A stretch of 64,000 nucleotides of DNA from Corallochytrium limacisporum Hawaii (lineage: Eukaryota; Protista; Pluriformea), in the NCBI GenBank assembly GCA_002811645.1, contig PDIP01000259.1, positions 9,768 to 73,767 of the forward strand, written 5' to 3'. Each line of letters opens with the position of its first letter. The first letter of the stretch is position 1. Below, piece by piece: positions 1 through 10,019 of this stretch. A program made the position numbers and the translations under genes. The notes under the pieces are model-generated. The model was not told where the DNA came from, made no database searches, and worked only from the letters and a program-made list of their open reading frames with translations.

Positions 1-765
1 GGAGTTTGTTATTTCGGACTTGGAATCCTCCACCTGGCCGCTTGGAAGCACGGCTGGTTCAAACAGTACAAGATTCAAGAGGAGAAGTTCCCCGATGAGC
101 AATTGCTAAAAACTGCGATCAAGAAAGCCATTTTCACCCAAATGATACTGCAACCAATTGGTCTGTACTACTTATGGGAACCATTGCACACTCGTCTCGG
201 GGTGGAACGTCTCATGGGACCCCTGCCATCTCTTTGGGAAGTCCTCTGGCAGAATCTATTCTTCGCCGCAGTAGAGGACACTTTGTTCTTCTGGAGCCAT
301 TGGTTCCTCCACCGCAAGTTCATCTATAAGTACATTCACAAGCAGCACCACGAATTCAACGTTTCCACTGCCTTCGCGGCGGAATATGCGCACCCATTGG
401 AGAACATCTTCGGTAACACAGTCCCCGTCCTGGCAGGGCCGTGGATGGTGTGTCCCCATGCTGTGACCTTCATGATCTGGTTGGCATTCCGGATTATCAA
501 GACGGTCGAGGCACACGGAGGTTACGAGTTCCCTTACAGTCCATTTAACCACTGGCCCCTCGCTGGAGCTGCGCGGCATGACTACCATCACAGCCACAAT
601 GTCGGCACGTTCTGCTCGTTCACGGTCTTCTGGGACTATGTGATTGGAAGCCAGGGCAATTTTGAAGCCTGGCGAGCTCGAATCAAGGAAGGCAAAATGG
701 ACTTTGATCCGGCTATGCCCCCTTACAAGCAGCCGTCAAAGAAAGCCAGTACTAAGGCTGCGTGA
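1..765 (+). CDS. Sterol desaturase-family protein, C4-methylsterol oxidase (ERG25/MSMO1-like); 5' end lies outside the window
   Basis: Frame 1 is open from base 1 (GVCYFGLG...YKIQ). Three His boxes HWFLH, HKQHH, HDYHH plus AAEYAHPLE and H-G-G-Y-E-F-P motifs are typical of the ERG25 subfamily. Confidence 0.85.
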   Translation, partial: GVCYFGLGILHLAAWKHGWFKQYKIQEEKFPDEQLLKTAIKKAIFTQMILQPIGLYYLWEPLHTRLGVERLMGPLPSLWEVLWQNLFFAAVEDTLFFWSHWFLHRKFIYKYIHKQHHEFNVSTAFAAEYAHPLENIFGNTVPVLAGPWMVCPHAVTFMIWLAFRIIKTVEAHGGYEFPYSPFNHWPLAGAARHDYHHSHNVGTFCSFTVFWDYVIGSQGNFEAWRARIKEGKMDFDPAMPPYKQPSKKASTKAA

Positions 766-1030
766 TATGCCAGCAGCCTTGGCTGAACCAACGCCTCCAC
801 TGTATCCTTGTTCCAAGACTGTGGTATCTTGACTGCTAGTTCTGGATCGAGTTGGCAGCTACAGGCTTGGCAATGTGGTACGCGAACTAAACTAAATCAT
901 ATAATTTCTATAGGTACATATCATCATCATTTCCTAATTGACCAGTCTAGTGTATCGACCACCGACGGGTAGGGAACAATGAAGCACCGTTGAAGCGTAA
1001 TGTAGCTCATTGCCCACCGCTGGCCGGTTC

Positions 1031-1504
1031 CTATTGAGACTTTCCGAAATTTCTCTTGATAGCTTTGTCCCAGGCAGTGTTTCCGCGATGAATGAGGTAG
1101 GTACCCAGAAACCAGGTCAGAATCGCCAAGATACCGCTTGTGAACTCTTTGTTCCGGATCTCAGTGACGTTAGCTGTCTTTTTCTTGATCGTAAAGCCGT
1201 GGGTAATCTTCAGAATACCATCCCAACCAGCACCCCACTCAACGATTCCCTCAGAGCTAGTTTTTTGTCCGCGGAAGACTTTGGCCTTGATTTCCGGGCC
1301 ACTAGCAGCACGGAATTTCAGAACAGCCCCGTCTTTAATTTGTCCGTCCCGAGTGCCACCCTTGGGCAGCTCCGCTGCAGCCATGAAGGGCTTAAAAGCA
1401 TCCGGCCACTTGCCCGGAGTGGCCATGGTGGTCCAAACATCTTCAAAGGGCGCATTGACCTCATAGGTCTCGTCATGCATGACGTTGGTAAACAGGAAAG
1501 CCAT
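1031..1504 (-). CDS. SRPBCC/START-like (polyketide cyclase/dehydrase-type) small protein, 157 aa
   Basis: Likely start atcaccATG at 1504 (MAFLFTNV...). EVNAPFEDVW...W pattern, H-x-F strand and a C-terminal helix fit the SRPBCC fold. Confidence 0.6.
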   Translation of the reverse strand: MAFLFTNVMHDETYEVNAPFEDVWTTMATPGKWPDAFKPFMAAAELPKGGTRDGQIKDGAVLKFRAASGPEIKAKVFRGQKTSSEGIVEWGAGWDGILKITHGFTIKKKTANVTEIRNKEFTSGILAILTWFLGTYLIHRGNTAWDKAIKRNFGKSQ

Positions 1505-2987
1505 GGTGATTCTCTCTCGGTCGTGGTCTACTCTGTAAGTCAGTACACGTGGCCACAGGAGCCTATCTGTGACTGATCTGTACGAGCAGAACAAACAATA
1601 TCGGTCTAAAGTACCATATGGCCCCCTAATCTGTGCGTACGAGGCACACATTACCTGTATGGACGCGCACAGTAACACCTGCCCGCAGTCCCTGAAGGGA
1701 ATCGGCTGATCATCTGCAGACTGATCGCATTGCCTGCAAGAAATCACTCGTCACACGAAAACGAAAGTGAGCGGCAGAGACCGCCTTCGCTTCTAGACCT
1801 CCCCTTCCCAATATTTTTCTCCCACATTCACTACGGTAAAACGTCAGACCTAGGTGACCCCGTCACACACCTCCCCCAGGCATACCAGTATCCGGTCCAA
1901 TCTCGGACTCCAAAACAAAGGAAGTCAGCCTGCGGCCAAGTCATCACCCGGGGGCCACCTCACTCTCCCCGTCTCCCTCCCCAACGGGAGTCTATTTTTG
2001 GACAAAACAAACGGCCCCCCCCGGTGGGGGCCCCGGGGGGGAGGTCCGAGTGTGTCCCCTTCCAGCGGTGGGCTCAGAACCTCTCGCCGCGGCTACTAAC
2101 AGTACGAAGGATTCAATACCAACGGATTGGATAGAGATCTGCGCAGACCAGTTTCAGATTCTCTCGGAAGCACCATCGGCTTTTTTTCTGCCGTCTGCCC
2201 ACATTCTCAAGCCCGACACACCCGTTCCGTACCAATGACAGTTACTTCATTTGCCACTAACTGGTAAGAAAGGGATTCACTTGGAGGATACAAACGTAAC
2301 ACGCAAGCTCCCAAGACGCATGACCACCAACCCAAAATCAATCCCCTTTATCTGCATGGAGTCTGGCGCTTGCCTAACAAAATTGTGCTACTCCCCCACA
2401 CCCACCACCACTTCCTGCAAATGTTAAAAAGCCGCTCCCGTGCTCTGCCCGCATCCCCCGGGTATCGCACAGGGTGGTACACAGGAAAACAGCTGGCTCC
2501 GGGTGAAGGCATTCGATCCCGGTCGATTGGACCGTGAATACCTGAGTCCTAATTTTGTACGGTACTGTCAAGGGAATTCTGTACAGTTGCCTGACCGACA
2601 ATTGCTCACAACCCAGGAGAGTGAGGGCAGGGACCGGGGGGAGAGGAGAGACAGTACCACTGAAGTAAGGGGGGAGGGGGAGCGGTGGGGGCTCTAAGGG
2701 TCCCTGGTGGGCACGCCTCCGCGGTGCCGTTGCGACGGACGGGAGGACGAAATGATACGTTGTGTCTGAGACTGCGTGTGCACTGCAGCTGCGGTGGTGG
2801 TCGCCAGGGTTGCGTTGCGCTTCTTCTACCTTCATCCATGCTACAGAGAATGTTTATAGGTCTGTACGTGGTATTGGAGCCACGAACGGGTATCCAAAAT
2901 CGGCCATGCAAGGAAGATGACTACTTGAATCCTAGTTTCAGGAACCACCGAATTAGAAGTGTCTATTCAATTTCTGATTTACCGACC

Positions 2988-4001
2988 ATGGGTGCACCCA
3001 TGCTGCTGGTCCGCTTTTGCGGCGCACTTGTTTGGATTCCCGTTAAGCATCTGTTTGGAAAAACACCAGTGAAGACTTGGGGTGTGAAATTGGACCTAGG
3101 AGTCACCATTCTGAGAATTCTTCTCTCGGAGAAGCCTAGCTGGGCCAAGAAGGTCGCCGCTAAATTAGCTGCCAAATCAGCCAAGAAAGCCAAGAAGAAG
3201 GGCTTCCCTATGCAACCAGTTTCCGACGCGAAGGGATTCACCGGCTACTGGATCGGTGATGAGTCCTGTCCAGGAACTGTATGTCTGTATGCCCACGGTG
3301 GCGGTTACGCCTCGCAGAGCTCCGCCAACTACGCGGGAAGCCTGGCTAGCATGTGCGATACTGCTAGGGGAATGGGGCGTGATTTGACCTTCCTTGCTCT
3401 GGAATACACCCTGTCCAGCGATGGAGCACCGTATCCCACTCAGGTGGTTGAAGCTGTCGCGGCGTACGTATACTTGACCGAGACCGTTGGCGTGAAGCCC
3501 GAGAACATTGTCCTCGCCGGCGATTCTGCCGGTTCCCATCTCGCGCTGTCTACCGTGCTCAAACTCCGCGAACAAGGATTGAATCAACCGAGTAAGTGTG
3601 TGTATATCTCTCCCTGGGTCGACCTTACCGCGCACAAGAAGGAAGAGGGTTCCATGAAGGAGCACGTCAACCTTGACTATCTGCACCCCAATTTCCTCGA
3701 CTATTGTGCCCCGATTTTCGCGGGAGATGTGCCTCTGGATGACGAATGGATATCGCCCATCAAGCAAGACATGAAAGATTTGCCGCCCGCTATGTTCATC
3801 TGGGGTGGAATCGAAACGCTGGAGGACAGCATGGAAGAGTTCTGGGTCAAATATTCCACTGCAGTTGACGGTTGTGTGAAGCACGTTAACCCGATCATGC
3901 CCCATATCTGGATGTTCATCGAAGACGTGATCCTGGCCCACAAGCATTGCAAAGAAGGCCGAACGACCATCACAACCTACATGGTGGAACCGAACTACTA
4001 A
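2988..4001 (+). CDS. Alpha/beta hydrolase fold-3 (HSL family; Say1/AADAC-like lipid or steryl ester hydrolase)
   Basis: HGGG oxyanion motif, YP-x-Q, GDSAG nucleophile elbow, SPW-V-D, E-x-L and MPH-x-W. Start chosen at ccgaccATG 2988; 2838 is also possible. Confidence 0.85.
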   Translation: MGAPMLLVRFCGALVWIPVKHLFGKTPVKTWGVKLDLGVTILRILLSEKPSWAKKVAAKLAAKSAKKAKKKGFPMQPVSDAKGFTGYWIGDESCPGTVCLYAHGGGYASQSSANYAGSLASMCDTARGMGRDLTFLALEYTLSSDGAPYPTQVVEAVAAYVYLTETVGVKPENIVLAGDSAGSHLALSTVLKLREQGLNQPSKCVYISPWVDLTAHKKEEGSMKEHVNLDYLHPNFLDYCAPIFAGDVPLDDEWISPIKQDMKDLPPAMFIWGGIETLEDSMEEFWVKYSTAVDGCVKHVNPIMPHIWMFIEDVILAHKHCKEGRTTITTYMVEPNY

Positions 4002-4329
4002 CGTTCAGAGCCCCGCTCTGCGCTCCTACGCAGTGTCCTTTCCCAGGCGATAGGGAGAGGTGGACACCCTGATTTCCACTCTTGGGTGCAAAAGACCATC
4101 ATTAATTCCGTCGTGTGCCAACGATCCACGTACTCAGTCTAGAGAAATTTTGGTGGGGTACCATACACTCACTAAACTTCCGGGACTTTCCTGCACGTTT
4201 TTTTTTGGGTTCGGGGCCTGGCGGAAAATTTCACACGGACGTATATTTAAAGCTATATAATGGCTACTATACTGTTCTAATATATGGATTTCCGTATAAT
4301 TAATAGCACCGGTAGTTAAAGAACTTGCT

Positions 4330-6060
4330 GTGTTCAAAGTGGACCCGGGGGGAGGGGGCCGGGTTTCGGCGGCCTCGCTCTCAGTGTGCCCACCCACCAC
4401 TGCCATCCGTCGGCCTAGGGTTGGGCAGGCGAAGGAAAGGAGGGAAGGGAGGGGTGCCTGCCAGCAGCCAGCCAGCCAGCCAGCCAGGAACGGGGGGCCA
4501 AAGAGGAGTCCAATTTTCCTCGTTTGTATTTTCTTCCCCCTTTATTTTGTCCTTTCAAAATTCTAAACCAGCCCTACCAACCCGGACCTGACGCAGAACC
4601 GGGCCCCTCTCTCCCCCTCCTCCCCCGGGGGAAAATGGGCCCCCTTTCTCGGGCCATTGGCCCCCCGGGCCCCGGGGGGGGGAGTCTCACCGGTCCGCTC
4701 CGTCCCTCTCCGGTTCGGTTCCTATTTTTTTTTCTCTCCTCTTCTTCCACTTTTGCTACCTTTGGCCCGTTTTACAATTCTTTTTTTTTTTGCCCTGGCT
4801 GGGCCCTTTGTTTGTCCAGGCTTAGAAGAGTTTGCACCGGGGCAGGGGTTGGAGGGGGTTACCCTCTTTCCGTGGATCGGCGGGGGATTTTTTTTTCTGC
4901 GAGTGAGTGAGTGAGTGTGTGCGTGCGTTGGTACAGCAGACCTTTTTGGTCTTTTACCTTTTTTTTTGTTTCTTTTGATTTCGTTTTTTTTTGGTGTATT
5001 CCCGCAGAAAGTCCGGTCGGTTGAAACCGCCCCTTCCCAAATAAAAATAAACACCAACACCAACACACACACACACGCAGATACAGAGACTCAGACAGCC
5101 AACGTTGGAAATAAAAAAAGGATGAAAAGGGAAGAGGTAAGCACGTGTCTGCAAGCATTTTTTGGTGTAAACTCAACTTGGCAATCTTCTTCTTCTTTTT
5201 CTTCTTTTGCTGCCATTTTAGTTTTTTTTTCTCGTGGACTCTCTCTGCCGGCTTTTAGGGTTTTTCTTGTCCACCCCCTCCCTCCCGCGGGGCAGGGAGA
5301 GGGAGAGTGAGAGTAGTGCGCTTATGAAGAAACAAAACTTTAAACAGAGATTTGTACGCTGTCTCTTTCCTTTCGTGCGTGGCGTTTTGTTGTGAGTGTA
5401 CCGCGTGTGTGTGTGTGTGTAGCTTCTGTGGGTCTTTACCCCCCCCCCTACGCTCACACATGGAAAAGTAAGCGAGAAAAAAATGTAAAAAAAATGGTAG
5501 ATTGAAAATAGACACGACCCTTTCGCCTGGGCTCTCTGGTCATCCCTTTTTGCGGTACTTCCCCCACCCCCGCCCCGGGGGGGGGAGGCTCTACGCTCCA
5601 CGCATTCTCCCGGTAGCTGAATGGATTTCCATAGTGAAAGAATGAAAGAGATTTCATGATTTCGATCCTTGCGGAACTCCGCGGACACCACGAAGAGGGG
5701 CCCCCCCGGGGTTGGGGGCCGGGGGAGAGAGCCACAGCCACGTAAGAGTGGGGCCCTTTGTGGCTAACAATGCCCTTTTCCATCGCCCAAATAAAAAGCC
5801 TTCTGAAATAAAACAAGAAGAAAAAAAAAGGAAAGAAAAGGGGACAGGAAAAAGCAAAGAGAGAGAGAGAGAGAGAGTGAGTGAGTGAGACAGAGAGACA
5901 GAGAGAGAGAGGGAGTTCAGTTTGCGGTTCCTGTCCGCCGGGAGCTCCCAAATTTTCGCAGGCGGGCCGGCAACGGCGGGGAGGTGAGACGGCGGGCCAG
6001 GGGGACGAACCCCCCCTCCCCGGGGGGGACCCACACTGGCGAATCAAGTGGCTATCAGCA
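4330..6060. repeat. Low-complexity intergenic tract with G/C runs, poly-T/A and (CA)n, (GT)n, (GA)n microsatellites
   Basis: For example (CA)n ~5062-5076, (GT)n ~5405-5420 and (GA)n ~5859-5877. ORFs here are compositional artefacts. Confidence 0.85.
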
Positions 6061-6475
6061 CGCAAGTGGACGACACGAAGCGTGTAGGCGCCATTGGTTG
6101 CTGCTCGATCACTCTTCACGTCATTCGGAAATCTCTTGGGCATGAGAACCCCTAAGAGCTTTTGGCGGAAGTGTGTTTGCGTAACCTTGGGTCACCCGCA
6201 ATCCTATACGTAGGACAAAAGCTATAACAACGTTGGTGACTCATTATGAATCCCACGCGTGTTGCTCGTTTGAACTAGAAAAGCGACACCGCGACTAGGG
6301 AAATCCCATGGGTAGCTAGTTGGGAACCCAGAACAACAGCAAATTGTCAATTAATTCTTCACAAATGATCTACGGAGAAGAATGGAGTAAAGGAAAATAA
6401 AAGCAGGACCATGGAGTAAAATACTCACTATACTACAGACTGTGCAAAGTCTGGGACATTAGCTTAGATTCAAGC

Positions 6476-8812
6476 ATGCGGTGGGCATGCACAATACCCG
6501 TATGGACCGCAGGGTTGGCCCTTGGTGACCAGGTCCATGCGCAAACAACAACCGCAAACACACAATTACCTGCGGATATGCCACAGAGGCGTACGGATTA
6601 CAGTGTACACAGTGCCAACCTCAGGATATCGCTACAGGGCGTGACCGAGCCCACGGGATACAGCACGGACCTCCCATGGTCTGAATCAGAGCTGGAGCAT
6701 GGTTTGGTTAGGCTCGAAGGCGTGTTTGCGACCTTTGCGTCAGAAACCAATGCCAGTGGGCGACTAGTGCGAATGAATCCTACAGATGGCTGTGCCAATG
6801 ACGGACCAATTAGTTTAGATTCGCGGGCCCTCGCATCGATGAAAATGGAGGTGAACACGACCCACGGCCACGGGAACCATCAGGAACAGTGCGAGGAGAA
6901 GCAGGAATGTGATGGTGAAGACATGGTCAGGCCCCATCCGCCACCATCTTCACTGGGTGAGCAATTTATTGCCGTGGTCGATCGCCGGCCGATTGGCCGT
7001 TGCACATTTCTAGCTAAAGCCCAGAATGCCCTGGACGCCGGTGCGGTGGCAGTGGTGATCATCATGGAACCAGAAGACCCGCCGGTAAACATATTGGTCG
7101 GTGAGGATAGTGTACCCATGCCTGTAGTAAGTGTCTCACACACTGTTGGACAAAGGATAATGCATTTGATGGGCCAGCGGGCGTACATTGACATGGGACA
7201 GGAGCTCAAGCCTGTGCTCAACTTCTTTATTTCCAAGTACCTGCACGATGCCGCCGTAGCTACATGTGTGGTGTTGGCTGTCCTGGTTATCATAATGACC
7301 ATCCGTACCATCATCGAAAACCGCCGGAAATACCGTGAGGAACTGCAAAAGGTCGAGGTACAGAAGCGCGTGTATGAGCTCATGGCGTCCCTGCCTGTCA
7401 TGGACTACCGTTCGCTCATTGAAATTGCGCAACACCGCATTACTCAAGCGCGTGAGGGCATCACTGCAGCCACAACACAGGCCGCAGAGATGGCTCGGGC
7501 CACTGCGGCTGCGGCAACTGCCGCAGGTCAGGAGCCCGAGCAGCAGCCGCTTGCCGACGAGGGTGAGTCCCCGACAGAGGCCGCGTCCGCCGGGGGAACT
7601 CCTCCTCCTGGGGACGACGAACAACGGAGCAGCAAAGACAGCGCCGGCGGCGGTGACAACTCCGCCACCCTCGTGCGCTCCGACTCGCCCGCATCGTCAT
7701 CATCGGTCGAAAGCAACGATGCCCCTTCAACTCCTGGCTCACCGCCGCCGACAACTCTGGCCGGTGCTGCTGGAAGTGTGGAGTCTGACCCAGACACGTG
7801 CAGCATTTGTCTGGATGAGTACTCTTTTGAGTGCAAGATCCGCACCCTGCCCTGTGGACATTGTTTCCACCGCGTGTGCGTTGATCCGTGGCTGATCAAG
7901 AACCGCAATTGTCCGCTGTGTAAGTTGGACGTCCTCTACGCAAATTCCAAGGGCGTTCTGGGCATTGCGCTTCCGTCCGTGATGCAGAACAATGCGGACG
8001 CAGGCGACGCAGGCGTCGCTGCAGCGTGCCGCAGGAGCACATCTGCTGACAATCTACGTGAATTTATGATACACAGCAACCCGGAGACAGCACGAGGTCG
8101 CATTGCCTCCGAATTTGGCACCGCCGCCAGCATCCACAGTACCCACACGCTCAACGCTGGACCGGAGATGGTCTACGGCAGCAGTGGCAGGGGCGGTGGC
8201 GGCGATGGTAACGGCACGACTGGTTCTGTCGTTGCCCAGTCTGGATCATCATCTGCTGGGACGAGCATGTACCAGCAGATGTTGAATCTTCTCAACATTC
8301 CTCTGCATGGCATTAACAACATTGGCCTGGGTAGCAGCAGCCGCAGTGGCAAAAACGGTGATGGCGCATGTCATAAGTCCGTGCCGGCTACACCACGCTC
8401 TCGCGAATCCTCGACCGCATCCGTCGCCGAAGGTAGCTCATCCGTTCCGCTCCATTCTTTGCGATACCGGAAAACTGCGCGGCGTGACCTGAGGGTGTCC
8501 AGTCAGGAGGACACCACCAGCACCACCTCTGACGCAACGAAGGGTCGGCGCGGTGGCAACCGCCGTGGGTCCGATCATCTGTCCCAGCCACAGCCGGGCT
8601 CGGCCATGTCGCACCACCGCGCCATGAGCACCAGCGCTCTGAGTTCATACAATGTGACGGACGCCGGCGAGGCTATGTTTGGTAGTACACACGTCGCTGG
8701 CGTGGAGCGTAGCCGGGACCGAGATGAGGGTGGCCAGCAGGAACCTTCCTTGTTCAGCGAATGGTTGTCTGCCAACAAGCGGGAGGGTAATCGCAAGGGC
8801 TCGTGGTTCTAA
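6476..8812 (+). CDS. PA-TM-RING E3 ubiquitin ligase (RNF13/RNF167/GRAIL family)
   Basis: Signal peptide, PA domain (R..CTF..KA.NA...GA.AVVI), a TM helix, and RING-H2 CSICLDEY...PCGHCFHRVCVDPWL...CPLCK, followed by a disordered tail. Confidence 0.9.
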   Translation: MRWACTIPVWTAGLALGDQVHAQTTTANTQLPADMPQRRTDYSVHSANLRISLQGVTEPTGYSTDLPWSESELEHGLVRLEGVFATFASETNASGRLVRMNPTDGCANDGPISLDSRALASMKMEVNTTHGHGNHQEQCEEKQECDGEDMVRPHPPPSSLGEQFIAVVDRRPIGRCTFLAKAQNALDAGAVAVVIIMEPEDPPVNILVGEDSVPMPVVSVSHTVGQRIMHLMGQRAYIDMGQELKPVLNFFISKYLHDAAVATCVVLAVLVIIMTIRTIIENRRKYREELQKVEVQKRVYELMASLPVMDYRSLIEIAQHRITQAREGITAATTQAAEMARATAAAATAAGQEPEQQPLADEGESPTEAASAGGTPPPGDDEQRSSKDSAGGGDNSATLVRSDSPASSSSVESNDAPSTPGSPPPTTLAGAAGSVESDPDTCSICLDEYSFECKIRTLPCGHCFHRVCVDPWLIKNRNCPLCKLDVLYANSKGVLGIALPSVMQNNADAGDAGVAAACRRSTSADNLREFMIHSNPETARGRIASEFGTAASIHSTHTLNAGPEMVYGSSGRGGGGDGNGTTGSVVAQSGSSSAGTSMYQQMLNLLNIPLHGINNIGLGSSSRSGKNGDGACHKSVPATPRSRESSTASVAEGSSSVPLHSLRYRKTARRDLRVSSQEDTTSTTSDATKGRRGGNRRGSDHLSQPQPGSAMSHHRAMSTSALSSYNVTDAGEAMFGSTHVAGVERSRDRDEGGQQEPSLFSEWLSANKREGNRKGSWF

Positions 8813-9089
8813 GGAACGTCAATGACGCCAAACTTGCGTAGGCTTCCCTGTGCCCATGTTGTTGTCCTTTATCCAAATGATTTGGGTTTATGAGATAGTA
8901 TTAGTATAGCCTTTAAAATATAGCAATGTACGGGTGTTTTTGGTTCAAAACAGAAATGGAACAGCAAAAGGTCATGGCCTTCCGAGGGCTTTATGGCGCA
9001 TGTGAAGCTGGCCAAGACAGCTCGCTCCGTTTTTGTACTGCCGCATCCAGTCAGCACCTGCAGAAGGTTTGCTCCCGTCTCCCTGCACT

Positions 9090-9746
9090 CTATCCCCGCA
9101 GCAAGACGTTGGCACGTACGTTGGCATTCTGCACACGGGCACCGCTGACCTCCGTCTTCTTGTTGATCTTGTCAATCTGGTGGTTTTGACGGTCCAATTC
9201 CGTGCCCATGTCCTTCGCCTGTGCCTTCAAATCGCCCAGAATCTCGTGCACTGCTCCAACGTTTTCGTTCATCTCCTCCTCGCGTTCGTCGTTGGTGATG
9301 CGCTTAATGTAGTTCACCTTGCCATTCTCACCAGTCTCTGCGGTACTCGGGTTCGCCAAGGGGGGCTGTCCGGCGGGCTGCTCGTTGACCACACCGTTGG
9401 CCGCCTGACCTCTTTCTGGACCGTAAGCCTTGCGGTATTTCTTGGAGTCTTCAATGTTCTTCCGGCGATTCCAGGGGCAGGTGCAACATCCGCAGCACTT
9501 TTCCATTTGCGTCAATTCGGCCTCTGCAGCGCGCATGTTCTGGTTGATCTGATCGAGGTCGCCATCGACGCGGTTAAGTTGCTCTCCCTGTTGATCGAGC
9601 GTGACCAGGGTCTCGGCACCGACCTTGCGGCTCTGTTCAGCGTAGTTCTTCATGCGCCGGGTGGAAGCCAATGACTCGTCAGTGACCTCATTGGCCTGCT
9701 GCAGCATGGCAGCGATTTCCTGGCGTTCCATCTCATCGTCGGCCAT
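9090..9746 (-). CDS. SNAP25: SNAP-25/23-family Qbc-SNARE
   Basis: TDESLASTRRM, LDQQGEQLNR, the Cys cluster CCGCCTCPW, YIKRITND.RE.EM.EN and a second SNARE motif (ELDRQN.QIDKI). Confidence 0.93.
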   Translation of the reverse strand: MADDEMERQEIAAMLQQANEVTDESLASTRRMKNYAEQSRKVGAETLVTLDQQGEQLNRVDGDLDQINQNMRAAEAELTQMEKCCGCCTCPWNRRKNIEDSKKYRKAYGPERGQAANGVVNEQPAGQPPLANPSTAETGENGKVNYIKRITNDEREEEMNENVGAVHEILGDLKAQAKDMGTELDRQNHQIDKINKKTEVSGARVQNANVRANVLLRG

Positions 9747-9758
9747 GGTTGCTGGTGA

Positions 9759-9945
9759 CTGTGTGAAAAATTATATATATGTACAAATTAAACTGAAGAA
9801 AGTAAAGATTGCTCAAGCCCGAACGTACCACCCGGGTTACTGATTTCGATAAAGTGTGGCGTAGTAGCTTCCTTCTTTTCCTTCCTTGACTGTGCCCCAC
9901 GCCTGAATCAAGTCGTAAGCCTATTCATCGGACCCACATTCTTAC
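9759..9945 (-). other. Probable 5'-UTR intron of SNAP25
   Basis: On the minus strand: donor AG|GTAAGA at 9945 and a T-rich acceptor TTTTTCACACAG ending at 9759, 12 nt before the ATG. Confidence 0.5.
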
Positions 9946-10019
9946 CTTCGCACACACGATCTCTTAGCTTTCCAAGTACCACCAAAGGTCTCAAGGAACC
10001 GTACTTGCTGCCAAGACGA

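Noticed and set aside
1505-1747. Cys-rich N-terminal extension of the SRPBCC ORF, faintly RING-like (CRQC...CGQVLLC)
   Set aside because: It has a non-ATG start and an incomplete ligand set, and a good Kozak ATG exists at 1504.
3177-3947. Long antisense ORFs over real genes (also 1010-1576, 9033-9674, 38164-38700, 51512-52042)
   Set aside because: These are shadow frames caused by the codon bias of the sense gene.
4060-6145. Many 60-230 aa ORFs in the low-complexity tract (and likewise at 9940-11700 and 53600-56800, including the 353-aa ORF 55129-56190)
   Set aside because: Translations are microsatellite-derived (ERER, THTH, FFFF, GGGG) with no domain. Stop-poor composition explains their length.
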